Part shown: piece after piece, positions 1 to 13,700 of the stretch
How positions within the stretch are numbered: the stretch's first letter is position 1
Layout: every line of letters starts with the position of its first letter
Source of the DNA: Callorhinchus milii
Lineage: Eukaryota
Direction: 5' to 3'
Length of the DNA: 64,000 nt
Assembly (NCBI RefSeq): GCF_018977255.1
Contig: NW_024704751.1
Span: 16,244,001-16,308,000, forward strand
The notes under the pieces: model-generated
Database searches by the model: none
What the model was told of the DNA's origin: nothing
Seen by the model: only the letters and a program-made list of their open reading frames with translations
Program-made: the position numbers and the translations under genes

Positions 1-194
1 TCCTCAGCACAGCTCCACAGCCCCAACTGCAGGTAGGGGTGAGGGTGATGGACAGAGAGAGAGTGAGGGAGAGATAGAGAAAGGGAGACACGGACAGAGA
101 GACAGAGAGAGAGAGACAGATAGAAGAAGGGACACGCAAAGCAAAAGAGAGACAGTCAGGGACATGGAGAGACAGGGAAAGAGTCAATCAATAC

Positions 195-3077
195 CTTGTG
201 TTGGGTCATGATTTTCCCAGAAGACTTTAAGCAGCTCTTCATAGGTGACTTCCCGTGGGTTGTAGACGACTCTCACCACCTCAGTGTGGCCGGTCAGCCC
301 TGCAACGGCAACACATCAGCACTGCACCCACTAACCCCCACCAATGTCTGTGTCAGTGAGTCTGTGTGTGAGTGTGTGTGTGTCAGTGAGTGTGTGTGAA
401 TGTGTGTGTCAATGAGTGGGTGTGTGTCAGTGAGACTGTGAGTGAGTGCGCTGTGTGTCTGTGTTAGTGTCAGTGGGGGGGGTGGTTACCTGTGCACACC
501 TCTTGATAGGTGGGGTTGGGGGTGAAGCCGCCAGTGAAGCCAACCTGTGTGGAGAAGACACCTCTCTGCTCCCAGAATCTTCTCTCCACTCCCCAGAAAC
601 AGCCCAAGCCTAGAGCACAAACACCAGAATATCAATCACCATCCTCTGTATGAACCCTTGCTCAGCGCCTCACCCGACCCCGAGGAGTTACTGTGGTGAC
701 TGGGATTTCCAATGGTGACCAGGCTCCTTTAAGACGATCAGAAAGTTCCCCGGAGGCGACAGCGTGAACTCACCAAACACAGCGAATTGCATTCCAGGCG
801 GGAAAGGAGGTACTGATGTGTGACCGTTCACAGCATGTTTAGCTGCAGGAAGAGAGAGGGGAGGTTAGAAATGCAGAGAAGCACCTCTGTTCAGTCACTG
901 AATGACAGAGGGTGATCTGTGAGCTCAGTGCCTCTGCCAATTGACTGACATCCACCCCCACCCCCTCCGCTATAATCTATCCCGAGCCACCACATCCTCT
1001 GAGGCATCTTGCGGTTTCCCGGCCAAGAAACTCACTCACGTCACTCGTATTCGGGATGTTGCTGTGAGCTGCTGTGTTGGCCTACAAGATATACAGTCAC
1101 TACACTTGACAGCGATTACCATGGAATGCTCTGAGAGCTTTAGTGTTTGGGGCTCTGTATCTCTCTGTCTCTCAATTTAATATCGACAATCAGCCAGTGT
1201 TTTGTGCTGTGCCAATTAGCCACTGGGCAAAAGGCAAAAAACTGCAGACGATGGAAATCCGTCCACTGGGCAAAGCCGTCGCTAATTCAACGCGATCCCG
1301 ACTGCAGCCGCAGAGAGAAGGCGTAATCCCAATGGAACCAACTCCGTCCCATTCCCTCCCACTGAAGAAGATATAAAATGTGACAGGAAGTAAACAGAGA
1401 ATTGGGATTAGAGTGTGTTTAGCTCTGGTGGATGGGCCCAGGGCAGCGTTAGGCTATTCCTCTCCTGTCCTGTCCTTTCTGTTTCTCTGATTGAATTGCA
1501 GTCCAACCAGTAGACTCTTCGTGCTTCACCGGCTCTATGCGGCCACTGCCTCTCTTTGCTGTCTCTCAGCGATGAAGCTATCGTTGAAAATTACCATCAT
1601 AAATTACTGCGGGGGAGCGGGGAATGGGGGTAGATGATGGGGGAGGAGGTAAATTTTGTCCAACAAAATACACAGTCGAAATTTGCAGTAAATCCTGTGA
1701 CGGGAAACATCTTGACAACATGATAAGGTGCTGCATCAAATCCAAGGATTATTATTAGGCAACACATGTCTGGCACACTCCCTGATGCCCCTCGGGCAGG
1801 TTGCTGACAGGTGGATTCCTTGCCGTGGGGTGGGGCAGGCTCTGTGGCGAGCTCCCCGTGCCCACAATCTACAGTTTCTTAAGTAATGGATTCACACAAA
1901 GTGCCCAGCGCTCACTCAGCCAGAAAATCAACATGTGCATTAATAAGCGAGATCTCTGGAGGAAGGGGGGGGAAGCGAATGGGTTTAACTTCCGGAGCGT
2001 TTTAATGATTGAAGTCAACACATCAACGTGTCCAGGTCAGCGTCAGTGAAGGGGCAATCTTCATCTGACAATCCAATGAAGACGTTGACTGTAGGGAGGA
2101 AAGAAATGAGTTCGAGCCTATTCCTGCCCCCCCCCCACACCCCCCCCCACTCCCACCCACCCGCCGTGCACTCTACATCCAAACATATCTGTTGCCATAC
2201 TTGGGAGTGGTAACCTGACAATAACTGAATTGGACCCTCCGATACACTTTCAACCCCTATCGAAAACGGCCGCTTTAAACAGCGACTGTTGTCAAAAGTG
2301 GCGACTCAGTCACCACGTGTCCAATACACTGTCCATCCACTTTACTTTCCTTTCCTCTTTGACTGTGATTTCAATCTCCCGCACACACGGCACAGCACAC
2401 ACAGCACACACGGCACAGCACACACAGCACACACAGCACACACGGCACAGCACACACAGCACACACGGCACAGCACACACCACACAGCACACACGGCACA
2501 GCACACACGGCACAGCACACACGGCACAGCACACACGGCACAGCACACACCACACAGCACACACGGCACAGCACACCACACACGGCACAGCACACACGGC
2601 ACACACGGCACAGCACACACGGCACACACGGCACAGCACACACCACAGCACACGCACAGCACACACGGCACAGCACACCACACAGCAACACACGGCACAG
2701 CACACACCAGCACACACGGCACAGCACACACCACACAGCACACGGCACAGCACACCACACCGGCACAGCACACACGGCACACAGCACACACAGCACACAC
2801 GGCACACACAGCACAGCACACACAGCACAACACAGCACAGCACACAGTACAGTACACGGCACAGTACACACTCCCCCCCCCCCCTCCCGGGGTATTAATG
2901 ACCTACTGTTTCCTGGTGTGTACCTGAGACCCGGAGCGGTTTGCCTCTCCCGGGCAGTGGCTCCCGGTTGCTGTTGTTGTCGGCGGCTCTCTGGCCCCCC
3001 CTGTCCCCCCCGCGGGCGGCCCGCGGGCCGGAGCCGAGCGGGAGGGCGATTGCGGGCAGTCGGCCTGAGCCCCGCAT
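195..3077 (-). CDS. Peptide methionine sulfoxide reductase A-like (MSRA paralogue); 5' four coding exons, 3' exons lie left of the window
   Basis: Exons 3077-2924 (MRGSGRLP...[13 protein letters not shown]), 842-774 ([23 protein letters not shown]), 609-490 ([40 protein letters not shown]) and 299-195 ([35 protein letters not shown]). All are GT-AG and phase 1. The GCFWG catalytic motif is present, and internal exon sizes 69/120/105 match MSRA as recalled. Exon 1 assignment is less certain than exons 2-4. Confidence 0.93.
2381..2871. repeat. Degenerate CA-rich tandem repeat (CACACACGGCACAG / CACACACAG variants) in MSRA-like intron 1
   Basis: Direct reading; explains the HTAQHT/CVLCRV low-complexity ORFs. 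Confidence 0.95.
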
Positions 3078-3123
3078 TCTGCGCCTTCCCGGTCCGTGCG
3101 TTCGCTTCCTGCAAACTGCGAGC

Positions 3124-3750
3124 GACCGTCACTCCCCCCACAGTCCCTCCCCCCCACACCGTCACTCCCCCCCACCGGGACTGCGCCCCTCCCCCACCGT
3201 CCCTCCCCCCCACACCGTCACTCCCGCGCCCCTCCCCCCACCGTCACTCCCCCCCACACCGTCACTCCCCCCCCACCGGGACTGCGCCCCTCCCCCCACC
3301 GTCACTCCCCCCCACACCGTCACTCCCCCCGTCACTCACCTCCTCACTCCCCCGTCACTCCCCCCGTCACTCCCCCGTCACTCCCCCCGCACTCCCCCGT
3401 CACTCCCCCCGTCACTCCCCCCGTCACTCCCCCCGTCACTCCCCCATCACTCCCCCCGTCACTCCCCCGTCACTCCCCCCCGTCACTCCCCCCCCCCCCG
3501 TCACTCCCCCCGTCACTCCCCCCGTCACTCCCCCCGTCACTCCCCCCCCACACCGTCACTCCCCCCCGGACTCGCCCCTCCGTCACTCCCCCCCACACCG
3601 TCCTCCCCCCCCACCGGGACTGCACCCCTCCCCCCACCGTCACTCCCCCACCCACCCCGTCCCTCCCCCTCCAACGGGACTGCGCCTCTGCCCCCACCGT
3701 CACTCCCCTCCCGTCACTCCCCCCCCCAACACCGTCCCTCCCCCCCCAGG
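3124..3750. repeat. C-rich minisatellite (CCGTCACTCCCCC core, ~12-13 bp, with CCACCGGGACTGCGCCCCT inserts) immediately upstream of the MSRA-like ATG
   Basis: Direct reading; G-run-rich on the minus strand. Confidence 0.93.
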
Positions 3751-4613
3751 GGAGGGCACAGGGGGAGGGGAGGCACTCACACAGAGACAGATACACACCC
3801 ACAGAGACACACACACAGACACACACACACAGGGAGACAAGTCTCACACTCACTGTCCCCTCTCAGTAACTGCAGCTGCAGCCCCGGAGTGTGTGTAAAC
3901 GTTGTCTATCCATATTGTTTGATTAAAATGGAAGTAGTCATTGCAAACCAAACAGTGGAGCAGATTTGGTCGCAGCTCTGGTGTTGGTATTGGGGTGGGG
4001 GGGATGTTCGGTTCTCGCTCTCAGTGTTCATGGCGGATCTTGATTTAATGTGGTACAATTAAGGCACACGGTGAATGCTAAGGGAGGGGCCGGCGGACAG
4101 CCCAGGGCAGATACAACCTTGATTCCTTTGCCTCCTCCATTGCCTCCTTCAAGGCACGTCTCAAGATCTCCTCGTCGACTGCTCCCATGGCCACCCTCCT
4201 AATCCCAACCCCCAGCTCGGGTCCAAATCCCTGGCTGTCCAGCACCTTAAGCCGTCCTCCTGCTGTGAAAGGCGGTGTATAAATATAATTTGTTGTTGTT
4301 GTTGATTCCTGTTTTTAATCCCAATAGAGTAGGCCATTCCCTCTGGGAAAGATCCTGGATGACTCTTATTCCGTAATTATATTTACAGATTGGAGAATAT
4401 TGTGTATTCTGTATTTCTGGCTGCACCTTACCTCACTCGCTGAAATAATAACCCTTGCAGCGCCTTATCACATCAGAAGGATGTCTCAAAGCACTTCACA
4501 AAATTTACTGTGAAATGGAGTAACTGTGTATTCGTAGGTGAACACAACAGCACGATTGCACACAGTAATGCTGTACATTTCATCCCAACCCAGGAACCAT
4601 CAGAGCATCTGTG

Positions 4614-4930
4614 AATAATAATATAACAATCCTTGCATTTGATATAGTGCTTTTCATGTCTTCTCGACATTGCAAAGCGCTCCACAGAATAGACTGTAAA
4701 GTGAATTGACTGTATATTTGTGGGCGAACGCGGCAGCCAATTGCGCACAGTGTCCCACAAACAGTCGTGGATTGAAAATGACCAATTTATTATTGTTTTT
4801 TTATTTTGGAAGGATGATTATTAGGCTCTGTGTGGAGTAAGGAAACTTGCCCAAGGTTTCGCCCTGGGGAATTGAACCCAGGTGTCTCACTTGCAAAGCG
4901 AGTGCTCTAACCACTGAGCTACAGGACTCC
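4614..4930 (-). mobile_element. tRNA-derived SINE (near full length)
   Basis: Reverse complement of the head GGAGTCCTGTAGCTCAGTGGTTAGAGCACTCGCTTTGCAAG... and the L2-like tail; same family as 40812-41136. Confidence 0.9.
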
Positions 4931-6167
4931 ACGATGGGTTATTAATGCGAAGTTGTGTGCCGAAGAGACACCGAGCCAAATATTGATGTGCACAGATCTT
5001 GGTCATTACTGGAAGCTAAATTGGAAGATGGGTACCAAAATGATAATAGCGTTTCCAAATGAAGACAGAATGCAGTTAGTTATTCTCTCTGCGGGAATTA
5101 TTTAATTAGGTTGGAAACAGGTCGCGTCTTCCCTGGACGGTGGGAGAGCGAGGGATTTATTTTGTATTTTTACTTATTTATTTGTGCGTTTCAGGTTAAT
5201 GAAGTTCTGGCAGGAATTGAGTGTGTCACTGCTATCGTCCAACCGTTTAATGGTTAATTTTCATACCCACTGGACAGAAGCAGCAGATCATGTGCACAGT
5301 CACACGAAGGTCCATTAGTTGTGTTTAGTGATAATAATCCATTCAAACTCCAGCATCCAAGAGGGTACCGAGACCCAGGAGCTGAACTGTGTGCTCACAG
5401 GGTCTGCGTCACCGCTCTCCCCAGCTTGCATTGTCGATGAAGATTACATCATAATTTTTTTAAAAAATAATAGTTTGGTCATTCAATCCATGACTGTTTG
5501 GGGGACATGGCTGTGCAGAATTGGCTGCCAAGTTTTGCCCACAATGTACAGTCAACCCACTTCTGTGAAGCAGCTCAACGACCCGATAAGGCGAATCAAA
5601 TGCAAGCATTATGATTATTACTACTACTGGTATATTTACATAGCGCCTTTCACGTCAAATGCTCAGGGCAACCCATCCGCCTCACAAAACCTCTCCCTCC
5701 CTGTATCCCAGCTGTTTCCCCAAGGCACCTCCTATCCCATCCGAGGCTGGGATTTCAAGCCTCCGCCTGCATTGTGCCCAACTTTTTAAAAAAATATAAA
5801 AACAAGATTTCCCATCAATCTCACTGAGCTGTGCCATTAGCTTTATCACGCATTCAACAATTGCATTTATATAGCGCCTTTCACATCAGGGGGATGTCCC
5901 AAGGCGCTGGACAGTGAAGGGTTTGCATCCAAGATGGGGGTTGGAATCAAGAGGAACACAACCGCCAATTTGCTGACGAGAACACAATGCAGTGCTCTTT
6001 GGGTCTAAATCCAGCTCCTCTGCAATTGTCGCGATAGCTGTTTCTGTGACAAGGTCCTCCCCCCCACACCCTCAGAATCAGACTTTGTTGACCTGAGCAT
6101 AAACAGCTGAGACGGCGCTTGTCCCCACATCCGAGAGCCGTTCAACAGAGACAAGAAATTAATTGTG

Positions 6168-6183
6168 TGGCGCCCCCTAGTGA
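6168..6183 (-). promoter_or_regulatory. CTCF-like motif between the YTHDF2 3' end and the MSRA-like promoter
   Basis: Minus strand TCACTAGGGGGCGCCA closely matches the CTCF core (CCACYAGRKGGCRS); motif match only. Confidence 0.6.
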
Positions 6184-6468
6184 CGAGCGCAATGCTCTGC
6201 AACCGTTGACTCAATATCGCAGTTTGCGCTCTCCTCCCACTGGCACGGATTCTGCTGTCCCCGGGTGAAACAGGCAATAGGACAGTCACTAACTGAAACC
6301 ACGGGCGGCGATGACAGCATTGCCACTAGAGTTGCAGCACTGTAGAGCGGTGCAGGTGGGCAGTCAGTTTACCCATCTCTGCGGCACCACACTGGAAAGG
6401 TCCGTGTTGAAGCCATGAGGTTCAACAAGAACATCATGATCCAGGCCACTCGAATACCCGCCTGCTAC

Positions 6469-6682
6469 CCTAATAATAATCCCTCCAAAACCAAAAAAAA
6501 CAATAATAAATTGGTCATTTTCAATCCACGACTGTTTGTGGGACATTGCTGTGCGCCATTGGCTGCCGCGTTCGCCCACAACTATACAGTCAATTCACTT
6601 TACAGTGTGTTCTGTGAAGCGCTTTGGGACGTCCTCCCGACGTGAAAAGCGCTATATCAAATGCAATTATTATTATTATTAT
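6469..6682 (+). mobile_element. 5'-truncated copy of the young SINE
   Basis: Body and tail ...GCGCTTTGGGACGTCCTCCCGACGTGAAAAGCGCTATATCAAATGCAA(TTA)n. Confidence 0.9.
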
Positions 6683-6920
6683 AATTGCAACCCCTGCCAA
6701 CACGATGCATGTTGTTTATAGAACACTGAGCAGCGCAGTCCTAATATCTACCTTCCACTGTTTCCCTTTCCGCCCGCCCGCGCGTCCGTGCGTGTGTGTG
6801 TGTGGGGGGAGAGATGGTGGGCACGGTAGCCAGAAATCAGGGTTGAGACATTGGTTCAATGGTTTGAAAAAGCAGGACAGAAACATATTGAACAAGATTG
6901 CTGCTGAACAGGATATCACA

Positions 6921-6926
6921 TTTATT
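6921..6926 (-). terminator. Probable YTHDF2 polyadenylation signal (AATAAA)
   Basis: TTTATT on the plus strand ~800 nt past the YTHDF2 stop, at the end of an AU-rich 3'UTR-like tract. Confidence 0.5.
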
Positions 6927-7720
6927 ACCGATAAGTCATTAATAATGAAGAAAGGGTAGAATCCCATCATATCATTGTTGACGAGAGCTGGAAAAAAAAG
7001 GTCCAAAGCAGTTTTTCTTAAAGTTCAATGTCCAAAAGTTCCTTATAGTATTTCTTGTCCTTTTTTAATTAGGCGGATTAAACTTAATTGAGGCAATTTA
7101 AAAAATAACTTGCTCGCATACGTTTCTGAACAGCCACCAATCCCCCCCAGCCCCCCACTACCAACAAACAAGCCAAACAAAGAAAGGGACCACAGAAAGG
7201 TAACAGTTACTCCGTGAGCACTTGCAAACAAAAGAACCAGCGTCTTCGGGGGAAGGGAAGGCATTCCCACAAAAGAGAGGCTCTATAAAATAAGCCAATG
7301 TTGGGAGACCGGATTCGTGCAGGAGCTGGGCATTTGGGGCCATCCTTCCGATACTTGCTGGGTCCGTTCCTTCAAGGAAAAGCCTGGTGCGTTCGGACCA
7401 TAAAAATCAAATTGATTTTTTTCTTAAATAAAAAAAATCAAAACGAGGAAACACGAGTTAAATCGTGTTGAAGCCACAACCGATTGTTGAGAAAAGATTT
7501 TAAATTTTTTTTCCACCTAGCTTTGCTATTGTTACATAGTCCTATAGAGAGGTTTAAATTTGACATCTACAAGTCTGAAATAGTCGGAGAATCCACTGAA
7601 ACGAAAGAGGGGGTGAGGAGGGGGGGGGGCGGGTCTTCATTATCACTCAATTTGTTGAAGAAAAAAAATCAGGACATGACATTTAGATCGATGTTCACAA
7701 CATTTGCAGAGAGTGCACCG

Positions 7721-10700
7721 TTACTTGCCACGACCCTGGCGTTCCTGTCAAACACAAAATAGAAGAGTTAGTATGGCTGGCCATTGCATATCATTACTTT
7801 TCAAACTACTTAAACTACTTAAACATTAGATTTGTTGAGTTGATCGCCCGCAGGAGTAGATTCTCACTCGAGTGTGGCTCAATGGGCCTTTTGGACCATG
7901 CCCAAGTGGCCATTCTGCACATGGGGATCATTATTATTATTATTATTATTAAAGTGGAGGGCACTGCAGCCAAGCTTGACCCCATTCTCATCCAATGTCC
8001 ACACACATACAGTTGCCAGGAAGGGGGACATTATTCTGTCTCTAGCAAATACAGGAAAACTGTTTATAATCCAAATGCAAACATATACATTTCTCCTGCT
8101 AAAGAAAACATGAATGTCTCAGTGACGTGCAGATGGTGGATCTAAGATACACACACACAAAAATAGTAATAACTTCTGGCCCAGTCATAGGCAATGCAAG
8201 AACAAAGGTCAACTTGTTTCATATAATATGGGGCCTATTGGAGCAGACACTGAGACAATATAGAGATGCTCTTACAACAGCCCAATGTATGCAGCGAATA
8301 CTTTTGCCTAAGCAAACGCACTAACCAATGGGGTGGTGCGTGCTGCAAACAATTAGCCCCTTTTACATATTATTTTCTAAAGAGAGGACAAGATCAGCGC
8401 TAAACTTTATCCCCCAGATTAATCAATTTTGAAGTGCTGCACGAAAAGGTGCGAATCATTTCTAAACAGTCTTTGGTCCTGAATGAGCTAGTGCGCCTGT
8501 AACATTACAGTTAAAAGTCCTCAAATACCTCGAGCCCCTAGAGCTCATAATCCAGCACACCACTGGAGTACTGGGGAAGCTGCAGTTTCAGATGATGAGT
8601 TAATCTGAGGGCTTTTCCTGCTGCTATTCACGGATGCTGTGGGTCTCTTTGGAAAAGGAGGGAATATCTCCTCATGTCCTGCCAATAGTCCTCTTATTCA
8701 AACTCACCAAGAAACAGATTAATTGGCCATTCAACTTTCCCCTGTTTATGAGATGTTGCTGGCATGGATTAGATACCACATTTACCCACACAACAGTTAC
8801 TGCACATCAAAGTAACTGATTATGTGAGCGCTTTGAAATGTTTCAACGCAAAGCAGTTCTGAAGTAATTATTTACCCAATATGTAATTCCTACTGACCAC
8901 TTCAGAAATGCAAACAACACTTCCAGAGATGTGCTTGTTTGTATAATTAGATTCAAGTTAGCTAGATCCTCAGAGAAAAAAACATGGTTTATTAAATCTA
9001 GTCCGAGACACTCCAGGATTGCTCTCAGATGCTGGAGGTGATCTCGGCTGTAAAAATATCTCTTAAAATGGCTAGAGTATGATGGAGAGCAATGTGTAGA
9101 AGAATGGCTTTCCACTGATCTCCTCATTCTCCTGTATTGTCTAAACTTATTACACCTTACAGTTCCAAACAAAATATAGATTAAATCTCAATCATTAAGC
9201 AGATATTGCCTCTGAGGCCTTTGAAAGGTTTAAGGTTTGAAAAAGTCAGACTGGGAGACGGGAGAGTGAGACTTGCGCTAAACTTACGCTGTTTGCAAAA
9301 CATTCTCAAACATTTATGTTAATCTCCTGGATTTACAGTAGCCTTCACTCTAACCACACATATATTTCCAGTTTCTAAATATATATCAAATTCATTGCAA
9401 AAAGAGCCCCTACAGGGACCACTCGCTCCCCACATACATCCTGCTGACCTGAATGTCACGCACCACAGGGTCAGGTGAACATAAGCAGCTCCCACCTTAC
9501 AACTGTTAAAAAATAAACTTTCAGTATTTGGTTAAACTAATGGATGCTCGACCTTGGAAAGGAGGTCACCTATGATTTCCCCCTCCCCTACTCAGTCAAA
9601 TGAGCGTATAAGTAGGTTGGGTGGAGAGGAGAAAATAGGTGACTTTTTTTTTTGGAGTGGGTGGTGGTAGAAGAATGAAGATAGTAGATGAGAAAACAAA
9701 AAAAATTAAAAGGGGCAGGGGTGAAAAGTGTCACGAGAACCAGCGTAATGGAAATCAACTAAAAGAGCTGCAAGTTGGGAGCTTGTAAGCATTCCTGGTC
9801 AATTGGGTCTGAAAACTCCCCACACATTCTTCCACCCAGCTGTTACCTTTGCACTTTTGTACCTGAGTTACACCCACTGTGCAGCACGCAGACTAGCAAT
9901 ATCAGGTTACCATGTAATAACCAGCACTGTCTCACACTCCCATTAATACACTCCTGACACAAAGCAACAACGAAAGGCCTGAAGAATTGTATCAAGCTCT
10001 GAGCAATAACATTCCCACTGTAAAGTAAAACTGCAATTACCTAGAAGCTTATGCCTAAACCACACAAATGAGATGGGTTTATACAATTATAGGAAAATGT
10101 TATGACTCACTTCCGAGAGTCAAAATCAAGCTACAGACGCCCGGGAAGGAATGAGTTAATTTCCTGGTTGGTGCAGAGGAGTAGCATAAGAATCCCTACG
10201 TTTTGCCACCGGATTTATAATCTTCCTCAAGTGCTACGGTGGAAAATCACGTGGATAGATAGTGAACATGTCGATTCTGGGGCACCATGTGTAGTCGGTG
10301 CAAGACCTCACCAAGATACAATTCGGCCGGGCTGTTTGGTGTTCTTTACAATGTAACTCCTGTGCAATTTTCGAATTTGGAAAAGCTATGTTGAGGTGTC
10401 TTTGTGTAATCCATATTCAATATATACAATGTCACAAATCACACAATACAAAACCAAACCTCAGACTGGGAGCTGGCTAGTTAGCTCACATAGATTGCTA
10501 ATTACTTTGTGTAAACTTCAACCCAGACTAGGAACAGGAGGAATGCAGAGTGTTGACAAAACTATCTGCAGGGGTCTGCAATGAGACATGAATCCATTAA
10601 AGGATTCACCTCACTAAATATACCCAATAGAACATGATGTTGACACTAAGTCAAGTATCATCTCTTCACACCTTGAACTTGGTTTCTAATCCAGCTCAGA

Positions 10701-13700
10701 CAGGATGAAATTCTCAGCTCCCAAATGGCTTCTAAGTGTTCCAAGTGGACTGAATACAAATGACCTCAACCCAGCTCCCAACCCGAAAAAGCCACTGCTT
10801 TACAGAGGCCATAGGTTGCTAAACGGAAGTAGCATTTTGCGCCTGCCGTTGTGCAAGTGATGGCTGTCACAAACACCATAAGTGGTAAATTACTGGATAA
10901 TCTACTCAAGAATAGCACATGGTTTTCAAATGGAGACTATTCCCTGACATGGAATCAGTGCATATTTTAGATCACTTGATAAGTGAATGATTGAAAATGT
11001 CTAGCAGTGCCAGGAAGAGCACACAAAGGTTAATGAGTTACACAGGGTTGAGCAAACTTTATGCCAGTCCTACACACTGATTTGTGCTGAAATGATTTTT
11101 CAAATAAACTTCACAAGAGCATTGCCCTCATTCACTTTAATTCATAGATAATGAACGGTAAAGGTGTTTATGAATATTTTACAAATTTGTTCACTTGAAG
11201 TGAGTACGACGGCAAAAGGACGTTTCCAATTTCAGCAAGGGCCAAAGACAAGTCCTCCCAGGTCAGGTACAGAGTAAAGTTACTTCTACACTGTCTCCAC
11301 CACCTCTCTCGTGTCAGCTACGGTCTTGATTCGAATAAGAACAATCCTCCCCTTATCTCCAAACTCAGAAGAACATTAAAATGTCCTATTAACCTGGGTG
11401 CACCAGAATCACTTAGAGAGGCTAAAAGGCAGAATTTATAATCTTCCAATTCCCTAGAATTAGATGAGAGTCATTCAGCAACAGTGGATCAGTGAACACC
11501 AGTCTCCGTGGGCCAAAACCTCCGTCTATGCTGCAGTCTCTATGAAATTATGTTTAGAAACCGGACCAGGACTCCTAGCACTGTGAGCCTTAGTGCTCAC
11601 AGGTTTACCCAAACCTCCAATTTACACCTGAAGCCACCAACCTTTTTAACGCTCTCCTCTTCCTCCTGGCGTTTTTCGTAATGAGAAAAGTCATCAAAGA
11701 TGGAGGTGGTATGCTTGTAACTGGCAATAATTTTCAGGACCTGCTTGGCTTTTTCCAAGGGCACCTCCTGAGTGTCTCGGGAGTTGGTCACTGGCTTATT
11801 CTCATTGTTCTCCAAGCGGATGTGCCGCAGCTGACTGTTGGGCACATCCTTGACAAATATCCACCTCACATCGAATCGTCCCTTCCACTTGTCCTGAGAC
11901 CACACCCCAGCGCAAGTGCTGTAGTCCACAGTCGACTTCATCTCGGCCACGCCACAGAAGTGGCCGCTCCCGTTGACACTGAACAAGAGGTAAACCGGCC
12001 CTTTGCCATTCATGGTGCGGTAGGCGCTGTCCAGACGCTTGTTGCCATGCTCGGTGCTGCACCAAATGGAATATTTAATGGAGCGGTGGATGTCATCCTC
12101 AGAGTAGCTCTTGATGATGAAAACCCGCCCGTGCTTAGGATTCCAGTCAAACTCCTTCGGATTGTAGTTGTTAACGGAGCGCAGTTTCTCCAGCACGGGG
12201 TGTGCCTCGGCTGGAGCCACATTCGAATTGCCGTGCCCCAGCCCCATGCCGCCAGTGTCCACTCCGTTCTGACCAAACCCGCCCGCGCGGTTCCGTGGGG
12301 CCACCCAGCGGTTGGGTGGGGTCTGCTGCGGGACAGCCTGCAGTGTTACCTGCTGCTGCCCTGAAACCACCTGTTGCGGCTGCATGTGCACCACCTGCTG
12401 ATTCATCGGTTGCACGGGACCCTGGGCAGCCTGCTGGCTAACAGCTGGAGCGTGAGGTTGAGGAGCCGCCTTAGCTCCAGTGCCCTTGTTATCCCAAGTC
12501 CCGATATCCATGTTATGCTTAATCGGAGGTGGTGGAAGGGAGGACCCACAAGTCCCACCTTTTGCCTTCTTGGGTTGGGGTTTTGCTGGTTTACTTGCAA
12601 TATCTGCCCAGGAGGTTGGTTTTGGGGGTGCAATGGTGACTGGTGGCATGGGATTGGAAGGCATGACATTATTTGTAATGGTGGATATAGGGCTACTGCC
12701 CACAGCAGAACCAACCATCTTAGAGACATTACTAGCCACCTCGCCACCGCTGATCTTCAGTCCAGCCATACCCTGGTCAATGCTATTCATGCCTGGTGCC
12801 TTATTCAGCGTCTCATTGGCAAAAGCTGAATGTCCGTCTATCATAGCTCCACCCAGGGAGCTGGGAGGGTACGCATAGCTGCTGGGGCTGTAGGCCGAGT
12901 TTTGGGTGGACTGACCCTGAGAACTGCTGGCTCCCCAGGCTGAGAAGTCCATGCCACTTGGAAAGAAGTTAAACCCATGTTGGCTCAGGAAAGGAGTGTT
13001 CCCCAAAGTCCCTGGCTGGCCAAACATTGCGTCAGGCAGGAAGTGATGCTCCCCATTGCTCAGCTGTCCGTAGGATGTCAGATAGGGCATGGGTGGATCC
13101 CCACCTGTGGACCAGGCAGCCTCACTTAACGAATACTGGAAGCCGATAGACGGGCTATAGTAACTTGGCATGTAGGAGTCAGACATGGCAGTGTAGGTAT
13201 TGTTCTGTAAAAAAAATAAACTGTTTAGTGGTGTGGAACATAAACAGTTGTCAAGTTACAGACTCAGAGATTTTCAACAGATTAGCAGTGGTTGCCTGAT
13301 CCCATCTGGAATCAGTCATTTGCTGTGTTTTTTCTCGCTAGCGTAGTTGAGAATTGTGCTGTGGGAGAGTTAATGAAAACACCTATTGATTTATATCTCG
13401 GCTAAGAAAAGGATCTGTGCCTGAGGAACTCATTCATAAAGACCTTCAATGGAGAAGGGAGAGAAGTACCAGAAAATCCCTCCTCTAACACCCCCAATCT
13501 TTCAGGGAACATATGTTGTTGCAGGAATCACAAGCACTAGCGCCTAACTCTAGACTACACAAACTGTAAAGAGTTAAGAGTCACTCTATAATAAACTACA
13601 AGACAGCTTTAAGGCAAAGATTTATCCAGCTTCAGAGAGCTAATTATTTATTTTCACAAAGAATTTATAGGACAATCCTAAAGTACTGTTCTGAGTCACT

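Noticed and set aside
596-604. Possible selenocysteine MsrA
   Set aside because: The catalytic codon is TGT (Cys), not TGA.
2230-4062. Long His/Thr-, Cys/Val- and Pro-rich ORFs (175-373 aa)
   Set aside because: Open in several frames on both strands because they translate minisatellites; only 2924-3077 (-) splices into MSRA-like.
11681-12878. Plus-strand ORFs of 227, 151 and 132 aa
   Set aside because: Antisense shadows of the YTHDF2 large exon with no recognisable domain.
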